A stretch of DNA of 64,000 bases from Pseudomonadota bacterium (lineage in GTDB: Bacteria; Bdellovibrionota_C; UBA2361; OMII01): positions 180 through 64,179 of the forward strand of contig JBDLRS010000033.1 in the NCBI GenBank assembly GCA_039799965.1, in the 5' to 3' direction. Below the pieces are notes generated by a model, which worked only from the letters and a program-made list of their open reading frames with translations, ran no database searches and was not told the DNA's origin. Made by a program: the position numbers and the translations under genes. Of the stretch, positions 19,448-31,632 are shown piece after piece; the stretch's first letter is position 1, and the number at the start of each line of letters is the position of its first letter.

Positions 19448-19961
19448 CCCTCAAGGCGGATCGCAACTAGTTGCCCCCAAGCGGAGCTTCTCCTTGGAGT
19501 TCTTCGTGGGACTCTTCACCGCTGCTGGCGTAGCTGCCGCCGCCTATCTCGCCGTGGGGCTCGCAGGGTTAGAGCTCAGCTCAAAAGATACCTACCTGCT
19601 CTACGCGGAGTTCGATAATATCTCGGGCCTAAAGTATGGGGCATCTGTTGAGATAGCGGGGGTTCCAATCGGAGTTGTCTCTGACATCTCGCTCAAAGAT
19701 CCTGTCGCTCGAGTGACCCTTAAACTTAATCGCTCTATTAAGTTAAAGGATGATGATATCGCTTCAATCAGAACCAAGGGAATAATCGGCGACCGGTACG
19801 TAAAGATATCTCGTGGCGCTTCTACCGACTACATCTCTGAAGGTGGAACGATGACTGAGACCGAGTCAGTAATCGATATCGAGGATGTTATCGGCAAGGT
19901 CGTCCACAGCCTTGGGGGAGACAAGGACGAAGAATCGAAAACAGAAGAAGCTAAAAAATAA
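19413..19961 (+). CDS. mlaD: MlaD-like MCE-domain protein
   Basis: N-terminal TM plus an MCE domain (GLKYGASVEIAGVPIGVV). Overlaps the mlaF end, so an internal start at 19425 is possible. Confidence 0.75.
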   Translation: MGERMDQSKFNNPQGGSQLVAPKRSFSLEFFVGLFTAAGVAAAAYLAVGLAGLELSSKDTYLLYAEFDNISGLKYGASVEIAGVPIGVVSDISLKDPVARVTLKLNRSIKLKDDDIASIRTKGIIGDRYVKISRGASTDYISEGGTMTETESVIDIEDVIGKVVHSLGGDKDEESKTEEAKK

Positions 19962-20005
19962 GCAACGCAGTTTCTTAAGGAACAAGGAAACGGGGAGAGA
20001 TTTTT

Positions 20006-20590
20006 ATGGCAATCAGAATATTTTCAGCGCTCGTAGCCATCACGCTCTCGATGAGCTCTCTCTGTATGGCGGAGACACCCTCTCCAAAAGCAGAGATTAA
20101 AAGTACGATCGACAGCATCATCGCCACGGTCCAGGCGAACCCGGGTGAAGCTAGTAAAAGCGCTCGTCGAGAGAAGCTCCGCGAGATCATCAACCCAAAG
20201 TTCGACTTCGATGAGATGTCCCGGCGCTCACTGGGCTCTAATTGGAATGAGATAACGCCAGCGGAACAGAACGATTTCACAACGGTATTCTCAGAGCTCC
20301 TCGCCCGCACCTACCTCTCAAAGATCGAAACGGTAAAGCCAGGCATGGTTAAAGTTGAGAGTGAGCAGGTTGAAGGGGCAAAGGCTGTTGTGAAAACCGT
20401 TGTGCTTAGCCAAGGTGATACCTTCCCGATCGATTACAAGATGATGTACCGAGACAACGGATGGCGCGTGTACGACGTAGTCATCGAGAACATCGGCCTC
20501 GTCGCTAATTATCGCAATGAGTTCTCCGGCATTATCCGCAAGGACAAATTCAGCGGCCTCATGGAGAAACTCCGAGCAAAAGTTAAGTAA
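20006..20590 (+). CDS. mlaC: MlaC/Ttg2D-like periplasmic phospholipid-binding protein
   Basis: Signal peptide, then a toluene-tolerance Ttg2D-like fold with conserved DFxxMSRRSLG and NGWRVYDV. Confidence 0.7.
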   Translation: MAIRIFSALVAITLSMSSLCMAETPSPKAEIKSTIDSIIATVQANPGEASKSARREKLREIINPKFDFDEMSRRSLGSNWNEITPAEQNDFTTVFSELLARTYLSKIETVKPGMVKVESEQVEGAKAVVKTVVLSQGDTFPIDYKMMYRDNGWRVYDVVIENIGLVANYRNEFSGIIRKDKFSGLMEKLRAKVK

Positions 20591-20596
20591 TAGCCT

Positions 20597-21433
20597 ATGA
20601 GAGCGTTAGCGAGCATCCCTCGATCCACTATCGTATCGCTCCTAACGCTCCTCGCGCTTGGCTGCGCCCCAACTATTCGGGACTTCGAATCCGTTCCCCT
20701 TCAAAAACCAATGCACCGCTACGCAATAGCGCATCGTGGCTCACTTCACGAACGATTCCCCGACAACTCACTACCCGCCTTAAAAGATTCCATCTCCAAG
20801 GGTGTGGGATTTCTTGAAGTAGACGTACGAATGGCTGCCGATGGTGAGCTCTTCCTGTTTCACGATGGCTCACTTCAAGAATCTAATTACTCATCCCCAA
20901 AAGAGCTCCTCGGCAAACCGGTTCAGCAGTTATCCACAAGTGACCGTGGAAAAGTCAGGCTGGATTCTGCCGGTCTGATCGGAATACCGACGCTTCGAGA
21001 GGCGCTCGCGACCCTCGACGAAAGCACTCCTGCATCGCTTCAACTCGATCTTAAAGGTGAATCAGACCAGCTACTCGAAGCCGTCATGAAGCTTCTAGCT
21101 AAGGAGAAGAAGCTCTCGCGAGCAGTAATCCAACTAAAGAACCCAGAGCGTATTCGAAGGATTCGAGCCCAGGAGCCCCACGCTCGAATTTTAGCCCGAG
21201 TGAAAAACATGACAGATCTGAACAACGCCATCGCCTCAAAGGTTGAGTTCATCGAGCTTGAGCGATGGATTACGGGAGAAGCTGTGGAAAAGTGTCATGC
21301 GGCTAACATCACTGTTGTCCTTAACGTAGCAGCACCGCGATACGACACAAAGGAAACGTGGGAATTCTTTAGAGCGAGAGGGGTTGATTCTATAATGACG
21401 GACCATGCAGTTTCAGCTATTGTGGAGAGGTAG
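20597..21433 (+). CDS. Glycerophosphodiester phosphodiesterase-family protein (lipoprotein-like N-terminus)
   Basis: HRG...FPxNSLPA...E(V)DVR...DG...HD motifs of the GDPD family. Starts 6 bp after mlaC. Confidence 0.7.
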   Translation: MRALASIPRSTIVSLLTLLALGCAPTIRDFESVPLQKPMHRYAIAHRGSLHERFPDNSLPALKDSISKGVGFLEVDVRMAADGELFLFHDGSLQESNYSSPKELLGKPVQQLSTSDRGKVRLDSAGLIGIPTLREALATLDESTPASLQLDLKGESDQLLEAVMKLLAKEKKLSRAVIQLKNPERIRRIRAQEPHARILARVKNMTDLNNAIASKVEFIELERWITGEAVEKCHAANITVVLNVAAPRYDTKETWEFFRARGVDSIMTDHAVSAIVER

Positions 21434-21477
21434 CGCTCCTTTCCCCACGCCTACAGGAACGTAGTCGATCGCTTTCC

Positions 21478-22689
21478 ATGACCCTTCGAAACCTTTGGAT
21501 TTTTGGTCTTTCTCCTCTCTGTCTCGCTTTCGCCCTACAGTCCGTGGGAGGGGTCGGGGTTCAAGACAGCATCGCCTACTGGGGCGCAGTACAAGCGTTC
21601 ATGCGGGGTGAAAATCCGTACGACCTCACCACACTCCTCAACATCCAACGCTCTATCATCCCAGACATTCAAAGCCCCCAGCTTTTTTTGAATCCACCAT
21701 GGGCTATCCCGCTTCTACTTCCTCTCTTTCGCTGGAGTTTCGCGACCTCATCATTCCTACTGCTCGCGGCTAATATCTCCATAACCTTCTTCACCTTGCG
21801 CAAACTAAGCGAGCTAACGGCTCCCCTGAGCCCTCGATACACATGGCTTGTTGGAGCCTTCTTTCCAATCGTGTCGTGTTGGTATTTTGGGCAACTTAGT
21901 TGCTTTCTCTTACTTGGCGCGATTCTCTCCCTTCAGTGGGTAGTTCAAAAGTATCACCCTTGGTGGAAGGTAGGTGTCGCGTTACTTCTTTTTAGTATCA
22001 AACCCCAAACGATGATTATTCTGAGCGCGGCGCTCGTGACCACCACAGTTCGATGCCTATCATTAAGGGATATTTCTAAAGTGCTCTCGATCGCCCTCGC
22101 TCCGGTCGTATTTCTCGCGTATCGCGGCGATTCTTTGAGGTGGTGGTTGTCCTCATTCACCTATTCCACGAGGTATGTGACATCTTCGCTTCCGTCTTTG
22201 ACCTCGAGCGCGCTCTCTTCGGTAAATGAACTCGCTTTTTTATTGCTTCCCGCGGCCCTCGTCGGCGCGTGCGTGCTGGTATTCGAAAAAAAAGGGATTT
22301 CTCCCTATCGTTTCCTTGTTTATATGCTTATTTCTTCCCTGATGGCTCCCTACGCCTGGATCTTTGATTTCTCGCCCTTCTTGATCATCACATACGCTGC
22401 CATGGTTGTAGCGGTACAACAACCTGGCTACTCGGTGAGGCGGTGGGGCTCCGTAGCGCTTCTTATCGCCCTGTGTCTTCCTTTTGAGTCTTTATTCACT
22501 AAGAACCTTCAAGCCTACGCGCTTCACCCATTACTGGTTGTTATTCTACTCGTATGGAATCACCGAGACATTCCTACGCTATTTGAGAGGATGAAACTTA
22601 ACGGAGATCAACGTGCGCTCGACCGCTCTCTACAGCAACAGTCCGGCTCGCCAGACGAGGTGTCCCACCCTTGCCCGAGCGGTTCATGA
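21478..22689 (+). CDS. Polytopic integral membrane protein (GT87/DUF2029-like)
   Basis: 403 aa with more than 10 predicted TM helices. The family call is a guess from topology only. Confidence 0.4.
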   Translation: MTLRNLWIFGLSPLCLAFALQSVGGVGVQDSIAYWGAVQAFMRGENPYDLTTLLNIQRSIIPDIQSPQLFLNPPWAIPLLLPLFRWSFATSSFLLLAANISITFFTLRKLSELTAPLSPRYTWLVGAFFPIVSCWYFGQLSCFLLLGAILSLQWVVQKYHPWWKVGVALLLFSIKPQTMIILSAALVTTTVRCLSLRDISKVLSIALAPVVFLAYRGDSLRWWLSSFTYSTRYVTSSLPSLTSSALSSVNELAFLLLPAALVGACVLVFEKKGISPYRFLVYMLISSLMAPYAWIFDFSPFLIITYAAMVVAVQQPGYSVRRWGSVALLIALCLPFESLFTKNLQAYALHPLLVVILLVWNHRDIPTLFERMKLNGDQRALDRSLQQQSGSPDEVSHPCPSGS

Positions 22690-22705
22690 GGAATAAAAAC
22701 GGAGC

Positions 22706-22760
22706 AAAATAAAAACGGAGCCCCTAGGGGCTCCGTTCTCTGAAGACATCGTATGTCTTC
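22706..22760. terminator. Bidirectional terminator region with two tandem hairpins
   Basis: Perfect 20-nt palindrome cggagcccctaggggctccg at 22716-22735, with an A5 on one side. It reads as hairpin plus U5 on the minus strand and hairpin plus a weak T-run on the plus strand. A second hairpin gaagacat-cgt-atgtcttc lies at 22742-22760. Confidence 0.6.
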
Positions 22761-22768
22761 TTGTAACC

Positions 22769-22891
22769 TTACTTAGCGGCAGCGGCCTTAGCCTTGGCGG
22801 CCTTAAGGTTGTTCTTCTTGTTGCGCTTCATAACACGCTTAGCGCTACGAGCTGCACGACGGTTCTCTGTGATTTTAGTTGGCGATGCCAT
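22769..22891 (-). CDS. Small, highly basic 40-aa protein
   Basis: Manual translation gives MASPTKITENRRAARSAKRVMKRNKKNNLKAAKAKAAAAK. It lies downstream of gyrB on the same strand and ends at the tandem hairpin terminators. It is below the 60-aa cutoff of the ORF track. Confidence 0.45.
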   Translation of the reverse strand: MASPTKITENRRAARSAKRVMKRNKKNNLKAAKAKAAAAK

Positions 22892-22977
22892 AACACGACT
22901 CCTTTAAAAATCTGGAACAAGAAAAGTACCGAGAAAGCGACCCATGGTCAACTCCACCCTAGAACCCCTCTAAATAA

Positions 22978-25539
<2,562 letters not shown>

Positions 25540-25673
25540 TCAACGCCTATAACCACCCTATATCACTGGCTATTTTAAATAGTTTCCGCTCCCATCTCGA
25601 TTTAGCGGGATTGAACTACGTAAATGCCCAATTTTTCGAGGTTTCAGGGTGTATTTCAGTCCCTCATCGACAT

Positions 25674-26777
25674 CTACGCTTCCTGTGCCGTAACAACTCC
25701 TTGCGACACCGTTAACATACGCAGGTTGGGGCTGTGGATAAGTTGTGGAGAAGGTCTCTCAGTGCCCGTAACTATTATCTGTCTCGGTTTATTGAGAAGG
25801 GCTGAAAACAGACGCTCTGAGCGGCCTTTATCAAGCTCTGAATTAACATCATCAAGGATAACCACAGGTGACTCTCCCGAAACGGACTCAATCATCTCGA
25901 TAACGCCGAGCTTCATCGAGAGCACCACACTCCTCGTCTGCCCCTGAGAGGCGTAAGCCCGAGCATCAACCCCCCCTAAGGTCACACTCACATCGTCGCG
26001 CTGAGCGCCGATGGTAGCGCTCCTCAACGCCATTTCTCGGGGAGCAGCGTTCTCAAAACGAGCGAGAATCTCCTCATCCGTGAGAACCTTTCCATCTTGA
26101 AATAAGTCAGATTCAAGGGTGAGCGTCAGCTCTCCATCTGTGGGAGCGTATAGCGTGTGAAACGTATTCGACTTATCAGATAAAGATTCCAAAAACTTAA
26201 CACGGTTACCAACAATTTTTCCACATGATGAAGCGAGTAATTCGTTCCACGGCTTAAGGTGGGCGTAGGTGCATCCCGGTTGCTTCAGTACAGCGCTCTT
26301 ATTCGCTAGAGCCCTCTGGTAGCCCATCAAGACCTTAATGAAGGGTGGGTCAAGGTCTACCATATGCCGATCAAGAAACCGCCTCCTGCCCGCTGGAGAG
26401 CCTTTAACAAGGGAGAGATCGGCCGGCGAGAACGCAATCACTCGAAGGCGACCTATCAGCTCCGTCATAGACTCCAGATCTTTCCCGTTCGTGAGTGCCC
26501 TCCGCTCACCAGGGGTAAAAACCAAACCGAGCTCCTCGGTTCCGTTAGAGGTAGCAACCTCTCCGAAAATAGAACACTCCTTCTCACCCCACTTTAAAAG
26601 TTCAGCTGAGGAGTTCGTTCTAAAGGATCTAGATCCCGAGAGAAGGTAGATCGCCTCAACGACGTTGGTCTTACCGTTTCCGTTCAAACCGGTGATAAAC
26701 ACAGGTCCTGACCCGAGATCGATCGTCTGATCGGCGAGGTTTCGGAACTTGTATATTTTCAAACGTGAGACGAACAA
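25674..26777 (-). CDS. recF: DNA replication and repair protein RecF
   Basis: N-terminal Walker A GLNGNGKTN and an SMC-like signature. Has its usual position in the dnaA-dnaN-recF-gyrB series. Confidence 0.9.
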   Translation of the reverse strand: MFVSRLKIYKFRNLADQTIDLGSGPVFITGLNGNGKTNVVEAIYLLSGSRSFRTNSSAELLKWGEKECSIFGEVATSNGTEELGLVFTPGERRALTNGKDLESMTELIGRLRVIAFSPADLSLVKGSPAGRRRFLDRHMVDLDPPFIKVLMGYQRALANKSAVLKQPGCTYAHLKPWNELLASSCGKIVGNRVKFLESLSDKSNTFHTLYAPTDGELTLTLESDLFQDGKVLTDEEILARFENAAPREMALRSATIGAQRDDVSVTLGGVDARAYASQGQTRSVVLSMKLGVIEMIESVSGESPVVILDDVNSELDKGRSERLFSALLNKPRQIIVTGTERPSPQLIHSPNLRMLTVSQGVVTAQEA

Positions 26778-26838
26778 GTCGAGGGAGCTTTTTGTCGAGT
26801 AGAAATAAACTTTGCTATATTTTTTATCTTAGAAAAAT

Positions 26839-28002
26839 TTACTGTTCCAACCGAAGTGGCATCACGATACCAAAACACGATTCATCGGACTCAGCGTAGA
26901 ACTTACCAGGCCCAGTTTCGCCGCTTAGTTCAAGAACGAAGGGTTGACTCTCTCCGATCGTGCCAAGAATGTCGATGATATACCGAGCGTTGAACCCAAC
27001 AGAGAAATCTTTTCCTGCGTACTGAATCTCAAGTTCTTCTTGAGCCTCACCAAGCTCTGGAGAGGAGCTTGAGATACGAACTAAATTGGTAAAGAAATCA
27101 AAGCGCACGCCTTTGTTCTTATCACTCACCACGAGCGATACACGCTTGAGCGCGTGAGCAAGTTGCGAGCTCAACACGGTGATCTTTTCACCTCTCTGCT
27201 TAGGAAGTACCTGCTCATAGTTCGGGAACTCACTATCAAGGAGTCGCACAACGAGTTTCCACGCTGGCCCCTCAACAACAAGGAAACCCTCGCTCACATC
27301 AACACCAACGGGAACGTTACCAACGGTCTCAAGTGCCTTGCGAACCTCGGCAATCCCCTTGCGAGGTACGATCACGTGATCAACTGACGCGTTCGTTTTG
27401 TCGGCGCCCTTGTGGAAAAGTCCGGTGAAAGCTACCCCTTCAAGGGGGCGGGTGATCAACGCGAGTCGGTGACCATCTGTCGCGACCATTCCGATCCCGG
27501 ACGCTTGTCCATCTTCCTTGATCTCTAGACAAATGCCGTTCATGTTGTAACGCCCCTCATCAAGAGAGACTGCGTAGAGGGTCTTGTTGATCATCTCTAT
27601 CAAGGTGGGAGCGGGTAACTTGCTCTTAGTCTTTAAATCGAGCCCTGGCGGAACTGGATACTCCTCAGCACCTACTCCCACGATCTTCATCTTCGAACTA
27701 CCCGCAACAACCTCAATCCGATCTCGATCAACCGAACGGATCGTGAGATCCCCATCGGGGAGCTCACGAACGAGATCTCCAAACACCTTTGCGCTAACGG
27801 TGATTGCCCCCTGCTTCTTAACTGAGGCTGATGATGACGCGATCGCTGTTATCTCAAGATCACTGGCTGTAACCTTAAAGCTCTGGTCCTCTGCGGCTAA
27901 TAAGATGTTTCCAAGAATGGGCATCGTGGATTTCTTCTCTGCGATCGCGAGGGTTATATGAAGAAGCTTTGAAAGATCTGTTTTTGAAATTGTAATATCC
28001 AT
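26839..28002 (-). CDS. dnaN: DNA polymerase III beta sliding clamp
   Basis: 387 aa with beta-clamp three-domain conservation. Immediately downstream of dnaA. Confidence 0.9.
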   Translation of the reverse strand: MDITISKTDLSKLLHITLAIAEKKSTMPILGNILLAAEDQSFKVTASDLEITAIASSSASVKKQGAITVSAKVFGDLVRELPDGDLTIRSVDRDRIEVVAGSSKMKIVGVGAEEYPVPPGLDLKTKSKLPAPTLIEMINKTLYAVSLDEGRYNMNGICLEIKEDGQASGIGMVATDGHRLALITRPLEGVAFTGLFHKGADKTNASVDHVIVPRKGIAEVRKALETVGNVPVGVDVSEGFLVVEGPAWKLVVRLLDSEFPNYEQVLPKQRGEKITVLSSQLAHALKRVSLVVSDKNKGVRFDFFTNLVRISSSSPELGEAQEELEIQYAGKDFSVGFNARYIIDILGTIGESQPFVLELSGETGPGKFYAESDESCFGIVMPLRLEQ

Positions 28003-28429
28003 GAGTCTCCCTATTGTTTCTTTATTTAATATAAATCTAGTGAATAATAGTAAGTCAGGCCCATTTCGGGGGATAAGTTTCTTAACTATAAGTTTTTAAA
28101 CTTTATATTTCACTTAAAACGTGTTGGTAAGCTCTGCAAAGTTTTCGAACTTTCCCACAGCCTAATTTTGTTACCACTGCGATCCCGATCTTCCCACCCT
28201 CTTCCACCAAGTTATCCACAGGGTTTTACCGGGTGGAGGTGCTCGCACGTTATCACCTATGCGCAGCGCGCTCATCTTTACGGTATCGCCTGCAGGTCAA
28301 GGGATGAATTGTGTGTAAAGCACCGTGGAAACCTGTTGATAACTCGGGTGAAAACCTTTGGATTATCCACTTAGTCACATGGCGGTGAAAGTTGTTGGTA
28401 ACTTATCTAGTTATTTGATTTTTAAAGTT
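28003..28429. promoter_or_regulatory. Candidate oriC segment I: dnaA-dnaN intergenic region with an AT-rich unwinding stretch and DnaA boxes
   Basis: Perfect TTATCCACA at 28212-28220. One-mismatch boxes: TGTTGATAA at 28334-28342, TTATCCACT at 28364-28372 and TGTGGATAA at 28483-28491, the last just inside the dnaA 3' end. AT-rich stretch at about 28010-28120 (ctattgtttctttatttaatataaatc...). Confidence 0.55.
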
Positions 28430-30046
28430 TTATCCGAAGAGTCTCTTCTCGATTTCTTCAACCAAAACCTTAACCTGGGCATCTGTGGATAACTTGCTTG
28501 ATACAACCGTCGCGGCATGTATAACACTTGAGTGGTCTCGACCGCCAAAGTGCTCACCTATCTCAGGGTAGGAGGCCGTGGTGTGTTTTCGGCAGAGATA
28601 CATCGCGATGTGACGGGGGAATGATAGATTTTTAGTTCGTCGCTTCGAGATGATATCAGCAACCTTGAGGTTAAAGTGCGTAGCGACGGCTTTCTTAATA
28701 TCATCAACGGAAACGTTTACAACCTTTGGCTGGAGAAGAGGCTTCAAAGCCATCCTCGCCATATCCATAGAGATGTCGACGTTTTGGATCGAGCTAACGG
28801 CGTGAAGGCGGGTGAGAGCTCCTTCAAGTTCGCGAACGTTTGATGAGATCTTCTCCGCGATAAGGTGTCCGACCTCCTCTGGAAGGTGGAAGTTCTCAAG
28901 GAGCGCCTTCTGTTTAAGGATCGCTACTCGGGTCTCAAAATCTGGCGCTTGAAGGTCCGCGGTTAATCCCCATGAGAAACGGGTTTGAAGTCGCTCCTCG
29001 ATACCGGGAATGTCCGTTGGAATTTTATCTGAGGTGATAACGATCTGACGCTTTGCGCTGTAGAGCGCGTTGAAGGTATGAAAGAACTCCTCTTGAGTCC
29101 TCTCTTTACCAACGATGAACTGAATGTCGTCGATGAGGAGCACATCCATCGTTCGAAGTCGCCGTTTGAACTCCTCCATCTTCGCGTGACGAAGGGCGAG
29201 AATTAGTTCGTTCGTGAATGTCTCTGAGGACATGTAGAGAACTCGAGCGAGGGGGTTCCTTTGAAGAACCGCGTTTCCGATAGCGTGAAGGAGGTGCGTC
29301 TTTCCAAGTCCTACGCCACCGTAGATGAAGAGCGGGTTGTAGCTCTGACCTGGCTTCTCAGCTACGCGCATCGCGGCGGCGTGACAGAACTGATTGCTGT
29401 TACCAACCACGAAGTCTTGGAAGGTGTAACGAGGGTTGATGTTATTAAAAACGTCACCTTCAATCGTAGCTTGCGTTGGAGTTCCGATTGGTTGAGCTGA
29501 TTGTTGCTCCGCTTGGCGAGGCGCCTCTACGGGAGTCGGACGAACTCGTTTAACAATGAAAGGAGTCGCTGGTCGACGTAGGCTTGATGACCCATCTGAG
29601 TTACTCGAGATCGGGGTTTCCCGGGGAATAATTGAGAGAACTATCTCTGGAGCGTCGAGAAAGTGAGCTAACCGTTCGCGCAACGCGTCAGAATAGTGCG
29701 CTATAACGTAGTTGCAGATGAGACGTGAAGGGCCTCGAACGGTGAACCTATCTGTGTTCGATAGCTCAACATCAACAGAGAGGGGCTCTATGTACGCCGC
29801 GACGATGTGCGGATTAACTTCAGAGCACACATCAGCAACTGCCAACGCCCAACTTTGCTCAAGAGAAGCTTGCTCATTTGATGACTGAGGTGGTGTGGAA
29901 CGACCCGTACTAGTATGTGAAATGGAATGAGAAACAACAGATGAATATGAATTAGCAAATGTCTCCTCATCAGAGGAGAGGGGGTCAGCGATAACGTCGC
30001 TCTGGCTAAATTTATCTGGTGCCAGATTATCTTCCATGACCCTCAC
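28430..30046 (-). CDS. dnaA: Chromosomal replication initiator DnaA
   Basis: 538 aa. AAA+ Walker A GGVGLGKTHLL, box VII, and the C-terminal DnaA-box-binding HTH. Has a long low-complexity linker. Confidence 0.95.
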   Translation of the reverse strand: MRVMEDNLAPDKFSQSDVIADPLSSDEETFANSYSSVVSHSISHTSTGRSTPPQSSNEQASLEQSWALAVADVCSEVNPHIVAAYIEPLSVDVELSNTDRFTVRGPSRLICNYVIAHYSDALRERLAHFLDAPEIVLSIIPRETPISSNSDGSSSLRRPATPFIVKRVRPTPVEAPRQAEQQSAQPIGTPTQATIEGDVFNNINPRYTFQDFVVGNSNQFCHAAAMRVAEKPGQSYNPLFIYGGVGLGKTHLLHAIGNAVLQRNPLARVLYMSSETFTNELILALRHAKMEEFKRRLRTMDVLLIDDIQFIVGKERTQEEFFHTFNALYSAKRQIVITSDKIPTDIPGIEERLQTRFSWGLTADLQAPDFETRVAILKQKALLENFHLPEEVGHLIAEKISSNVRELEGALTRLHAVSSIQNVDISMDMARMALKPLLQPKVVNVSVDDIKKAVATHFNLKVADIISKRRTKNLSFPRHIAMYLCRKHTTASYPEIGEHFGGRDHSSVIHAATVVSSKLSTDAQVKVLVEEIEKRLFG

Positions 30047-30084
30047 TTATTATTAGGTCGCGCTTAATGCGAACCGCACACTCT

Positions 30085-30126
30085 CAGCGATGCCCTCAGC
30101 CAGCGATGCCCTCAGCCAGCGATGCT
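30085..30126. repeat. Tandem 16-bp repeat (cagcgatgccctcagc, 2.6 copies) in the dnaA upstream leader
   Basis: Direct read: cagcgatgccctcagc, cagcgatgccctcagc, cagcgatgct. Confidence 0.85.
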
Positions 30127-30414
30127 GGTCGAAGATTTCGACTGATGATGCGATGACGCACAACTCACATCGTGCGAGCGACAAAGCGTTATAGTACGAG
30201 GAGAAAAAATTACAAGAATTTTAGTGACGAATTTTTAGCACCGAGGGAACGGACAGGAGAATAATAACAAAGTCGATTTTAATTTCAAGTGATTTAAACA
30301 AACAGATCGCTTTTTGAATTCTCCAGCATCATTCTGAATTCATTTTTAGCAACCCTGCTAGGATTTGCCTTAATCTTCTAAATCTTATACAACAGGGGCG
30401 CTTAAAGGTTTGCA

Positions 30415-31143
30415 ATGGAAGCACATTATACATACCTACATTCGCTGGGGTTAACTGACGCCAACACCCAGAAGTTTATTACAGCTCTGGCGCTTGGCTC
30501 CGCGCTTCTCTTTATCGGCGCGACAAGCGCTCGCGCGTTAACCCGTCGTCGTAAGGTGCTTGGTGTTGAGCAGGGAGTTGTTCCAGAGAAAAATATAACA
30601 ACGTCAGGCATCTTTGACCTTTTCATCGAAGGGTTCGTTTCGTTTCAGGATTCTATCCTTGGAAAGGAGGGGCGTAAGTACGTTCCACTTACAGCAACCA
30701 TCTTCCTCTACACATTCGTTCTCAACATGATCGGGTTGATTCCGGGGATGCCTGCCCCAACCACAACGGTGTGGATAACGGTTCCCCTTGGAATCTTTAT
30801 CTTCTTCGCGTTCAACTACTACGGTGTTAAAGAGCAGGGTCTGGGGCCATATTTGAAGCACTTTGCCGGCCCTGTGTGGTGGCTAGCGTGGTTCTTCCTC
30901 CCTCTTGAGATAATGGGAGCGTTCCTGAGAATCCTAACGATTAATTTGAGGCTTTATTGGAATATCACGGCTGACCACATCGTTTTGGGTCTCTTCACCG
31001 AGCTCGTTCAGATCGTTATCCCCGTAGTATTTTTGGCGCTTGGTACATTCGTATGCTTTATGCAGGCGTTTGTTCCAACAATCCTTACAATGATATATAT
31101 ATTGCTCGCGACCCAGCACGAAGAGAGCGAGGGGCACCACTAA
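30415..31143 (+). CDS. atpB: F0F1 ATP synthase subunit a
   Basis: 242 aa with five TM helices and the conserved R-containing helix (LRLYWNITADHIVL). Followed by the c subunit. Confidence 0.85.
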   Translation: MEAHYTYLHSLGLTDANTQKFITALALGSALLFIGATSARALTRRRKVLGVEQGVVPEKNITTSGIFDLFIEGFVSFQDSILGKEGRKYVPLTATIFLYTFVLNMIGLIPGMPAPTTTVWITVPLGIFIFFAFNYYGVKEQGLGPYLKHFAGPVWWLAWFFLPLEIMGAFLRILTINLRLYWNITADHIVLGLFTELVQIVIPVVFLALGTFVCFMQAFVPTILTMIYILLATQHEESEGHH

Positions 31144-31170
31144 GATTTTTAGTTTAGTTTTTCACTTTGG

Positions 31171-31518
31171 ATGAAAAAGAAGGAGATGAGTAAAATGAAG
31201 GCAATCAAGAACATCGCATCAAAGAGCTTTTACGCTTTGGCCGCATTTGTGGCAGCTCTTATGCCAGTAGTTTCAGCCGTAGCTGAGGACGCTTCCGCTG
31301 GTCAAGCTTCAGCTCTTAAGCCTCTTGGCGCCGGTCTCGCAATCGGAATGGCTGTAGTGGGTGGCGCTCTCGGACAGGGCCGCGTTGTAGGCTCCATGCT
31401 TGAGTCGTTCGGACGCAACCCATCCGTTGGTGGTAAGCTCCTCACTCCGATGATGATCGGAATGGTTCTTATCGAGTCCCTCGTAATTCTCGCGTTCGTA
31501 ATTGCATTCACCATGTAG
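31171..31518 (+). CDS. atpE: ATP synthase subunit c with a signal-peptide-like N-terminal extension of about 40 aa
   Basis: The C-terminal 75 aa are a typical c-subunit hairpin (LGAGLAIGMAVVGGALGQG...LVILAFVIAF). The N-terminus MKKKEMSKMKAIKNIASKSFYALAAFVAALMPVVSAVA looks like a cleavable presequence. Confidence 0.8.
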   Translation: MKKKEMSKMKAIKNIASKSFYALAAFVAALMPVVSAVAEDASAGQASALKPLGAGLAIGMAVVGGALGQGRVVGSMLESFGRNPSVGGKLLTPMMIGMVLIESLVILAFVIAFTM

Positions 31519-31550
31519 TTACAAGCGCTCGTCTACGAGATGAGGTAGAA

Positions 31551-31580
31551 GGCTCCACCGCAAGGTGGGGCCTTTTTTAT
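31551..31580 (+). terminator. Rho-independent terminator after atpE
   Basis: Stem ggctccacc-gcaa-ggtggggcc, followed by TTTTTT. Confidence 0.75.
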
Positions 31581-31632
31581 TGTCGTAAGCCTTAAACATA
31601 AAAATGTTGAGGGTCTGATAGCCGAAGCGCTA

